This document shows positions 11,301-18,065 of a stretch of DNA of 64,000 bases, in pieces. The position numbers and the translations under genes are program-made. The number at the start of each line of letters is the position of its first letter. Position 1 is the first letter of the stretch. This DNA comes from Candidatus Latescibacterota bacterium. GTDB taxonomy: Bacteria > Latescibacterota > UBA2968 > UBA8231. The stretch spans positions 448,001 to 512,000 of the forward strand of contig OZ241867.1 in NCBI GenBank assembly GCA_965203175.1, in the 5' to 3' direction. The notes below the pieces were generated by a model. It ran no database searches and was not told where the DNA came from. It was given only the letters and a program-made list of their open reading frames with translations.

Positions 11301-14300
11301 GCGAAAGTCAGCACACCCGACACCGCCGTGAAGTCGGTGCCGCTGGCCGTGTCGCTAGACCCAATCGAAGTCGCGTAAGTCACCGTCACGTCTTGCCCGC
11401 TCACCGGCGACAGCGTCACCGTGAAGACCACCGGACTGCCTTCCTCGCCGCTTGCAGCCGCCACGCTCAGCGACGGCGAGGCCTCGTCGTCTATGATCGT
11501 GCCCGTCGCTGTCGCGTCGGTGGGGGACAGCGTTGCGCCCGACGGGCTCGACAGCGTCAGCGTAAAGGTCTCGTTCGGCTCATCAACACTGTCGTCTATG
11601 GTGACCACAGGCACCATCTTAGACAGCTCACCCGATGCGAAAGTCAGCGTCCCCGACGCCGCCGTGAAGTCGGTGCCGCTGGTTGCCGTGCCGGGCGCGG
11701 TCGCGTAAGTCACCGTCACGTCTTGCCCGCTCACCGGCGACAGCGTCACCGTGAAGACTACCGGACTGCCTTCCTCGCCGCTTGCAGCGGCCACGCTCAG
11801 CGACGGCGAGCCGTCGTTGTCCGTGATCGTGCCCGTCGCCGTCTCAGTGGCCAGCGTCACGTCGGCCGACGGGTTCAACAGCACTAGCGTAAAGGTCTCC
11901 TTCGGCTCATCAACAGTGTCGTCTATGGTGACCACAGACACCGTCTTAGACGTCTCACCCGATGCGAAAGTCAGCACACCCGACGACGCCGTGAAGTCGG
12001 CACCGCTGGTTGCCGTGCCAGACGTGGTCGCGTAAGCCACCTCCACCGTCTCGGTGCTCACCGCCCGTGACAGCGTCATCGTGAAGACCACCGGACTGCC
12101 TTCCACGCCGCTTTCAGCGGCCACGCTCAGCGACAGCGGATCGTCGTTGTCTTCGATCGTGCCTGTCGCCGTCGCAGTGGCCAGCGTCACGCCGGCCGAC
12201 GGGTTCAACAGCACTAGCGTAAAGGTCTCGTTCGGCTCATCAACACTGTCGTCTAGGGTGACCACAGACACCATCTTAGACATCTCACCCGATGCGAAAG
12301 TCAGCGTCCCCGACGCCGCCGTGAAGTCGGTGCCGCTGGTTGCCGTGCCTGGCGTGGTCGCGTAAGTCACCTCCACCGGCTGTGTGCTCACCGCCCGTGA
12401 CAGCGTCACCGTGAAGACCACCGGACTGCCTTCCACGCCGCTTTCAGCGGCCACGCTCAGCGACAGCGGATCGTCGTTGTCCGTGATCGTGCCCGTCGCC
12501 GTCGCAGTGGCCACCGACGCACTCGACAGCACCAGCGTAAAGGTCTCGTCCTGCTCATCAACACTGTCGTCTAGGGTGACCACAGACACCGTCTTAGACG
12601 TCTCACCCGATGCGAAAGTCAGCACACCTGACGCCGCCGTGAAGTCGGTGCCGCTGGTTGCCGTGCCTGGCGTGGTCGCGTAAGTCACCTCCACCGGCTG
12701 TGTGCTCACCGCCCGTGACAGCGTCACCGTGAAGACCACCGGACTGCCTTCCACGACGGGATCAGCGGCCACGCTCAGCGACAGCGGCCCGTCGTTGTCT
12801 TCGATCGTGCCTGTCGCCGTCGCAGTGGCCAGCGTCGCGCCGCCCGACGGGTTCAACAGCACCAGCGTAAAGGTCTCATCCTGCTCATCAACACTGTCGT
12901 CTAGGGTGACCACAGACACCGTCTTAGACGTCTCACCCGATGCGAAAGTCAGCGTCCCCGACGCCGCCGTGAAATCGGTGCCGCTGGTTGCCGTGCCTGG
13001 CGTGGTCGCGTAAGTCACCTCCACGGATTGCCCGCTCACCGCCCGTGACAGCGTCACCGTGAAGACCACCGGACTGCCTTCCACGACGGGATCAGCGGCC
13101 ACGCTCAACGACAGCGGTCCGTCGTTGTCTTTAATCGTGCCTGTCGCCGTCGGAGTGGCCAGCGTCACGTCAGCCGACGCGTTAAACAGCACCAGCGTGA
13201 AGGTCTCGTCCTGCTCATCAACACTGTCGTCTAGGGTGACCACAGACACCGTCTTAGACACCTCACCCGCTGTAAAAGTCAGCATACCCGACATCGCCGT
13301 GAAGTCGGTGCCGCTGGTTGCCGTGCCGGAGGCGGTCGCGTAAGTCACCTCCACCGTCTCGGTGCTCACCGCCCGTGACAGCGTCACCGTGAAGACCACC
13401 GGATTGCCTTCCACGACGGGATCAGCGACCACGCTCAGCGACAGCGGCCCGTCGTTGTCTTTAATTGTGCCTGTCGCCGTCGGAGTGGCCAGCGTCACGC
13501 CGGCCGACGGGTTAAACAGCGTCAGCGTAAAGGTCTCGTCCTGCTCATCAACGCTGTCGTCTAGGGTGACCACAGACACCGTCTTAGACGCCTCACCCGC
13601 TGTAAAAGTCAGCGTCCCCGACGCCGCCGTGAAGTCGGTGCCGCTGGTTGCCGTGACAGGCGTGGTCACGTAAGTCACCTCCACCGTCTCGGTGCTCACC
13701 GCCCGTGACAGCGTCACCGTGAAGACCACCGGACTGCCTTCCACGACGGGCTCAGCGACCACGCTCAGCGACAGCGGCTCGTCGTTGTCTTTAATCGTGC
13801 CTGTCGCCGTCGGAGTGGCCAGCGTTACGCCGGCCGACGGGCTCGACAGCATCAGCGTAAAGGTCTCATCCGGCTCATCAACAGTGTCGTCTATGGTGAC
13901 CACAGGCACCGTCTTAGACCTCTCACCCGCTGTAAAAGTCAGCCTACCCGACGTCTCCATGAAGTCGGTGCCGCTGGTTGCCGTGACAGGCGTGGTCGCG
14001 TAAGTCACCTCCACCGTCTGTGTGCTCGCCGCCGACAGCGTCACCGTGAAGACCACCGGACTGCCTTCCACGACGGGCTCAGCGGCCGCGCTCAGCGACG
14101 GGAATTGGCTGATAATCGTACCCGTCGCCGCCGAGGTGGCCAGCGTTGCGTTCGTCGCCGCCGTCAGCAACAGTGTGAAGGTCTCGTCAGGTTCTGTAGT
14201 GCCTTCGTTTATGATTGCCACAGATATCGTCCCCGTCGTCGCACCCGCAGCAATAGTCAGCGTCCCCCCGGTCGTCGCCCCGAAGTCGGTGCCGCTGGTT

Positions 14301-15235
14301 GCCGTGCCGGGGGCGGTCGAGTAAGTCACCGTCACGTCTTGCCCGCTCGCCGCCGACAGCGTTACCTCGAAGTGCATAAAGGTTCCTTCGTTCGCTCTCG
14401 CGTTGGCCACGTTCACCAACGGCGGGTTGTCGTTGTCGGTAATCGTACCCTTCGCCGTCGCGGTGCCCAACCCTGCGTTCACCGGCTCCGGATTCGCCAG
14501 CAGCGTCAGCGTGAAGGTCTCCCCATTAGCCTCATCGTTATCACCCTCATCGGCACTGTCGTCTATGATTGGCACAGATATCGTCCCCGTCTCCGCACCC
14601 GCAGCAATAGTCAGCGTCCCCGTCGTCGCCGCGAAGTCGGCTTGGACGGCATCGTCGTCATTCGCAACCGAGGTCGCGTAATTCACCTCCACGGATAGCC
14701 CGCTCACCGCCGACAGCGTCACCGGGAAGTTCATAGTTCCAGCACCCTCGGACGCGGTCACGGCGGCCACGCTCACCGTCGGCGGAGCGTCGTTGTCTAT
14801 GATCCCGCCCTTTGCGGTCGGGACCAAGATCGTTCCACTCGACGCGCTCAACAGCCTCAGCGTGAAGGTCTCCCCACTAGCAGCATCGTTATCACCCTCA
14901 TCGATATCGTCGTCTGTGGTGGGCACACTTATCACCCCCGACGTCGTCGTACCCACACCAATAGTCGCCACACCCGGTACCGCCGTGAAATCGGTTCCTA
15001 GCGTTGCCGTGTCGCCAGGCTCAATCGTGAGCGTGTAGTTCACACGCACCTCCTGAGTGCTCGTCTCCGTCATGTGCACCGTGAACTCCACAGGAGAACC
15101 CTCGGTCGCGCTCGCGTACGTAACATATATCTGCTGCGCCACGGCCTCCTCGGCCCCCCCCAACACCAAACCGACGGCCAGCAGCCAAGGCGCGTACGCC
15201 AATCGCCGCAGCAAAAGCTTTGAATATCGTAGCAT
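7718..15235 (-). CDS. Giant secreted adhesin-like protein (2505 aa): ~12 Calx-beta repeats, stalk modules, He_PIG domains, T9SS-like tail
   Basis: Repeats of the form EGSPVVFTVTLS...VTYAT..GTATSGTDF...SGTLTF..GE.SKTVSV...DD.VDE..ETFTL.L...ATGTI.DND; signal peptide; C-terminal tail. Confidence 0.93.
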   Translation of the reverse strand: MLRYSKLLLRRLAYAPWLLAVGLVLGGAEEAVAQQIYVTYASATEGSPVEFTVHMTETSTQEVRVNYTLTIEPGDTATLGTDFTAVPGVATIGVGTTTSGVISVPTTDDDIDEGDNDAASGETFTLRLLSASSGTILVPTAKGGIIDNDAPPTVSVAAVTASEGAGTMNFPVTLSAVSGLSVEVNYATSVANDDDAVQADFAATTGTLTIAAGAETGTISVPIIDDSADEGDNDEANGETFTLTLLANPEPVNAGLGTATAKGTITDNDNPPLVNVANARANEGTFMHFEVTLSAASGQDVTVTYSTAPGTATSGTDFGATTGGTLTIAAGATTGTISVAIINEGTTEPDETFTLLLTAATNATLATSAATGTIISQFPSLSAAAEPVVEGSPVVFTVTLSAASTQTVEVTYATTPVTATSGTDFMETSGRLTFTAGERSKTVPVVTIDDTVDEPDETFTLMLSSPSAGVTLATPTATGTIKDNDEPLSLSVVAEPVVEGSPVVFTVTLSRAVSTETVEVTYVTTPVTATSGTDFTAASGTLTFTAGEASKTVSVVTLDDSVDEQDETFTLTLFNPSAGVTLATPTATGTIKDNDGPLSLSVVADPVVEGNPVVFTVTLSRAVSTETVEVTYATASGTATSGTDFTAMSGMLTFTAGEVSKTVSVVTLDDSVDEQDETFTLVLFNASADVTLATPTATGTIKDNDGPLSLSVAADPVVEGSPVVFTVTLSRAVSGQSVEVTYATTPGTATSGTDFTAASGTLTFASGETSKTVSVVTLDDSVDEQDETFTLVLLNPSGGATLATATATGTIEDNDGPLSLSVAADPVVEGSPVVFTVTLSRAVSTQPVEVTYATTPGTATSGTDFTAASGVLTFASGETSKTVSVVTLDDSVDEQDETFTLVLSSASVATATATGTITDNDDPLSLSVAAESGVEGSPVVFTVTLSRAVSTQPVEVTYATTPGTATSGTDFTAASGTLTFASGEMSKMVSVVTLDDSVDEPNETFTLVLLNPSAGVTLATATATGTIEDNDDPLSLSVAAESGVEGSPVVFTMTLSRAVSTETVEVAYATTSGTATSGADFTASSGVLTFASGETSKTVSVVTIDDTVDEPKETFTLVLLNPSADVTLATETATGTITDNDGSPSLSVAAASGEEGSPVVFTVTLSPVSGQDVTVTYATAPGTATSGTDFTAASGTLTFASGELSKMVPVVTIDDSVDEPNETFTLTLSSPSGATLSPTDATATGTIIDDEASPSLSVAAASGEEGSPVVFTVTLSPVSGQDVTVTYATSIGSSDTASGTDFTAVSGVLTFASGEMSKTVSVLTTDDSFNEPKETFTLTLSSPSAGVTLATAMATGTIEDNDELLEGAITLTVNPSSVREDAGTTDITVKAKTPNTVTVDTYVALNLAAESVAGLNSRFLITLPTLRIPKGEKEAVGTISFTPIDDAVENNDLPITIEGRAGAGNVGDTTIELVDDDKPSTQINLSFSDASIGKSDGTTDIVVTATLNGSTLGEDLRFALTLDEDFAGSAERDVDYTATMAPITIPDRRISGRATITIRPKNAGTGVIRVVASKNPQVEDGRTIMVNGASIDLTGDPAKAITGLTATPFSIREDAGPKVITLEVTLQNALVTDEIVQFTISDDSDIPGDDFNGAVAAQRDVDYSASVEPLIIPKGETKGTTTMTVTPRDNNDKDDPRAFTVNARVGNNPLFSTGILITDDDTTSDSITLEVSPAQITEGAGPTAVTVTGTLQGKVFGDNVVVALVISDDINNDGKVDENDKAATRDLDYTAVLSPLVIPGGAIQGTATLSITPLADSRTEGDEKIGLRSLGNPRAIDEDGDIQELIVAPVAITLKDSSAVGEQPGPQDPTRPTFAAADSIANQSYTVGTAINALVLPEARGGTAPLTYSVSTLPAGLVFDAATRTLSGMPTAATNGAVTIIYTVIDSDRDASALIFSITVEEGEMPPPVADAQLMATPSVIREDAGTTQIALTVALDPAKTAPEIVTFTVVAPSEGRQAVRDVDYVASLETVVSIPAGTTVGTTILTFTPINNTAVDGLRAIGVQATFASGATLMTDIKIVDDETPSTAIALSVNPHAIIEGSGEVNVTVTATLNGKVLGENATVVIAIDGTSTATRDVDYAALFNPLIVIPAGAIMGSTQFAIRIIDDDLVEGNETIKLIGVVNGLAGDEAEITLSDQAPMTPDPGDPGDPGDSSLAFADNTAIPDQSYTAGTTITPLVLPAASGGTAPLVYSVSALPAGLVFDAGTRTISGTPTAATDGAVIVIYTVIDSGGSAAVLTFNITVNEGLSLGDFFDFFGSSGKVIPTASHDLAEIREFIVGQRVEGIVLPAASGGTAPLTYSLSPALPAGLTFDAVTRTIAGTPRAAAETAYMYTVTDANGASASLSLQTRPTAFSLADNFPNPFNPATMIQYALPQAADVELTVYNVVGQLVRTLVAEHQSAGRYAVEWDATNDRGHSLSSGMYFYRLQAGGEFREVKKMLLLK
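8594..8624. repeat. 9-bp tandem repeat (atcacccgg x3.4) encoding a (DPG)n linker
   Basis: Seen directly; protein reads PDPGDPGDPGDS. Confidence 0.9.
11150..14100. repeat. Intragenic tandem repeat of ~9 highly similar ~330-bp Calx-beta units
   Basis: Motif ggtgctcaccgcccgtgacagcgtcaccgtgaagacc recurs with ~330-bp periodicity (one 318-bp unit), mirrored by antisense ORFs at 12054, 12384, 12702, 13362, 13692 and 14022. Confidence 0.92.
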
Positions 15236-15284
15236 TACTCTACCTCCCCAAGTTAAGAGTAATTACTGGTGATTTAGAATGTGG

Positions 15285-15322
15285 GAGCTAGGGCCTCGCG
15301 TTGAAGTTGGAGACCCTAGCTC
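15285..15322 (-). promoter_or_regulatory. Conserved intergenic stem-loop copy 4 (no U-tract)
   Basis: gagctaggg/ccctagctc outer stem covaries with the aaataggg of the other copies; the internal mismatch is G-U on the minus strand. Confidence 0.65.
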
Positions 15323-15340
15323 ACTGATTTACTGCAGATG

Positions 15341-16975
15341 CTACTTGAGCAGCAGCATCTTCTTGGTTTCGAGGAACTCACCGCCCGCCGCCAAGCGGTA
15401 AAAATACATTCCCGAGGACAAACTATGCCCATTGTCGTTGGTCGCGTCCCACTCCACCGCGTAGCGACCCGCGCTCTGATGCTCAGCAACCAGCGTCCGA
15501 ACCGGCTGACCGAGGACGTTATAGACCATCAGTTCCACGTCCGCCGCCTGCGGCAGTGAATACTTGATCGTCGTCGCCGGGTTGAATGGGTTCGGATAGT
15601 TGCTCGCCAACGCGAACACCGCCGGACGCGTCTGCACCTGTACTGGTACCGGCAGCGCCAAGCGGTTGAAGCCAAACGCGCTGTCATACGTCTGGTTGTC
15701 GGTGATCTCGATGACCGTATGCTCGATCTCCGTCGTCGGACGGAACACCAAGCTCAGCGCCAACTCGCCGTCGAAGACCAGGTCCCCGTAGGCGACCAGC
15801 GCCAATTTGCCTTCTTCGTCGCTCAGCACCTGCGGCGCAGCCAACGCGCTGCCACCTAACGGCTGATCGGTCAGCACCTCGACGAACTCCAGCTTGTCGG
15901 CCTCATACTGAACCTGCAAGCCATAGCCCTTGATCGCGGCAAAGTCCGCCAAGCGCACGTCGAGGACAAAGTCCTCACCCACGCTCGGCAGCGCCGTCCG
16001 CGCATCCAGATACACCCGCGCATCCGCATTCAGGCCGGCGAACATGGGCACGCGCTTGCCCGCCGCAGCCGTGCTGCGATTAAAGTTGTCGGCAAAGACG
16101 AAGAAATCGTCAAAGTCAATCGTCGCGCTCGGTGCTAGGTCGAACGCCGGATCAAACCCGGCGTCTTCTGCGGTCAAACCGAAGCTGTCAGCGAAGATGA
16201 AGAAGTCGTCGAAACCGATGCGGTTGTCAGTACCGAACAGGCCGAACAGCGCGCGACCTTCGCCATCTACCGCGAGGTTGCGGACAGCCATCGCCGTCTG
16301 CTCGATATCGGAACCCGTCTCGTTGTCCAAGGTGTAGGGCCGCACCTGATAGGTGTAGCGCACGCCGTTGAGCGCCGTCGCATCGACAAAGGACGTAACA
16401 CCTGCATCGACCTGCGCGATCCTGGTGAACTCATCTTCGCCCGCCGCGCGGCGATAGATGTTGTAGCCATAGACGCCGACGACCGGCTCCGCTGCAGCCG
16501 GGCCGACAGCTCCAGCAACAACCCCCTGCAAGAGCCGGTCCGACGGCGAAAGTGTCCACGTCAGGACGATGCGGCTGCCTTGATCGTTGGGCGCATCCAA
16601 CACGCTGAGCGACGGCACAGCTTCCAGAGGCGGCAGCACCACCTCAATGCTGAACGGCAGCGACGCACTGGCATTGGCACCATCTGTCACGGTGTATGTG
16701 TACTCCGCGATAGAAGTCACCACCAGCGGCGTACCCGAGATCGTTCGCGTGGCCGCGTCAAATGTCAAGCCCACAGGCAGAGCTGGCGCGAGGCTGTAGG
16801 TAAACGGCGGCGTGCCGCCGGTAACTTCCGGCAGCATCCCTGGCTCAATCGCCGTACCAACCTCATACGTCAGGATTCCAACCTCGCGTTCATCGGCCAA
16901 AGCAGTATGAGCACCGAGAAAGAGACCGCTTGCTAGAAGGACTAGCAAGCCAACAGTTGATAACATTCGCTGCAT
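15341..16975 (-). CDS. Secreted protein: He_PIG + FN3-like + dockerin-like + cohesin-like + T9SS-like tail (lead gene of array)
   Basis: Signal peptide ALA|DE; GYNIYRR...YTYQV FN3 pattern; duplicated FDDFFxFADxF motif; GEDFVLDV...GYGLQVQYE..KLEFVEV cohesin-like segment; NYPNPFNP tail. Confidence 0.87.
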   Translation of the reverse strand: MQRMLSTVGLLVLLASGLFLGAHTALADEREVGILTYEVGTAIEPGMLPEVTGGTPPFTYSLAPALPVGLTFDAATRTISGTPLVVTSIAEYTYTVTDGANASASLPFSIEVVLPPLEAVPSLSVLDAPNDQGSRIVLTWTLSPSDRLLQGVVAGAVGPAAAEPVVGVYGYNIYRRAAGEDEFTRIAQVDAGVTSFVDATALNGVRYTYQVRPYTLDNETGSDIEQTAMAVRNLAVDGEGRALFGLFGTDNRIGFDDFFIFADSFGLTAEDAGFDPAFDLAPSATIDFDDFFVFADNFNRSTAAAGKRVPMFAGLNADARVYLDARTALPSVGEDFVLDVRLADFAAIKGYGLQVQYEADKLEFVEVLTDQPLGGSALAAPQVLSDEEGKLALVAYGDLVFDGELALSLVFRPTTEIEHTVIEITDNQTYDSAFGFNRLALPVPVQVQTRPAVFALASNYPNPFNPATTIKYSLPQAADVELMVYNVLGQPVRTLVAEHQSAGRYAVEWDATNDNGHSLSSGMYFYRLAAGGEFLETKKMLLLK

Positions 16976-17142
16976 GGTTTTCTCCTCAATTTAATGTTAG
17001 CGGGCTCTTGCTCGACGAAGCGCACCAGCAAGCGCTTGGCTCTTGACGGCTGCCCTAAACTATTTCCTTATTTTTGATTCTTATTAATATCTCATCAATA
17101 AAGATAATAATCACAAGCACTTTTTCGCAATCTGAGAGTATC

Positions 17143-17988
17143 ATGATAATCGACGTCCACAGCCACGCTTGGCAATATCCCGAGCATTTCACCGACCAAT
17201 TCCGCCAACAAGCTACCCAAGTAGCCAAAGCCAACGAGTCCCTCGACTTAACCGTGACTTATGCCGCCTATCGCGCGGGTGCGCAAAACTGCGACAAGAC
17301 CATCGTCTTCGGCGGCAAGGCCCGGCGTTCCGGCGTCTGGGTTGACGACCGCTATGTCGCCGATTACGTCGCCGCCCACCCGGAAGCACTCATTGGCTTC
17401 CTCTCGCTGGACCCCACTCAAGACGGCTGGGAGCAAGAAATGGCCTACGGGCACCAAGAACTCGGCCTCAAGGGAATCAAGCTGCTCTCCATGTACGCTG
17501 GCTTCTATCCACACGACCAAAGCCTCAACCCGCTGTGGCACTACGCCGCCGAGCACGACCTGCCCGTGCTGTTGCACACCGGCACCACCTTTGTCGCCCA
17601 AGCCCCGATCGACTGCACCTTGCCGCGCCATCTCGACCCAGTGGCCATCCGCTTCCCAGAGGTCAAGATCATCATGGCCCATCTAGCGCACCCCTACGAG
17701 GGCGAGTGCGTAGCCGTCATCCGCAAACATCCCAACGTGTACGCCGACGTCAGCGCCCTCCACTATCGGCCTTTCCAACTCTACCACAGCCTGATGCTGG
17801 TGCAGGAATACGGCGTCTGGCACAAGTTGCTCTTTGGCAGCGACTATCCCTTTACGACGATCGACGCCTCTATTGAAGGTCTGTCCGGATTGAACAAAAT
17901 GCTCGATGGCACGGCCCTACCGCGCTTGGACGAACGCGAAATCGACGCCTTAATCCACCGCGACAGCCTCGACATTTTAGGGCTTTAA
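17143..17988 (+). CDS. Amidohydrolase family protein (Amidohydro_2)
   Basis: MIIDVHSH start, LLHTG, MAHL and LFGSDYP motifs; start trimmed from 17074. Confidence 0.88.
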   Translation: MIIDVHSHAWQYPEHFTDQFRQQATQVAKANESLDLTVTYAAYRAGAQNCDKTIVFGGKARRSGVWVDDRYVADYVAAHPEALIGFLSLDPTQDGWEQEMAYGHQELGLKGIKLLSMYAGFYPHDQSLNPLWHYAAEHDLPVLLHTGTTFVAQAPIDCTLPRHLDPVAIRFPEVKIIMAHLAHPYEGECVAVIRKHPNVYADVSALHYRPFQLYHSLMLVQEYGVWHKLLFGSDYPFTTIDASIEGLSGLNKMLDGTALPRLDEREIDALIHRDSLDILGL

Positions 17989-18065
17989 AACTTGCGTCAG
18001 CCCGCTTTTTCTCTTACATCCTATTCTATCCCACACATCCCTCCCCTCCCCAAAGGAGTCGCTCT

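Noticed and set aside
11150-14100. CRISPR-like periodicity
   Set aside because: Units are ~330-bp in-frame protein repeats without unique spacers; no cas genes
892-15322. Intergenic hairpins as integron attC sites
   Set aside because: No RYYYAAC/GTTRRRY boxes or extrahelical bases and no integrase in the window; G-U wobble points to an RNA structure
952-15559. Repeated plus-strand ORFs (MLLEQQHLL..., MLTARDSVTVK...)
   Set aside because: Antisense shadows of the repeated minus-strand genes; no SD and low-complexity composition
17075-17120. Fur box in the AT-rich stretch (gataataatcac)
   Set aside because: Only a partial match in a generally AT-rich region
17989-18065. Cobalamin riboswitch upstream of the TonB receptor
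   Set aside because: Only 77 bp, with no recognisable B12-element motifs
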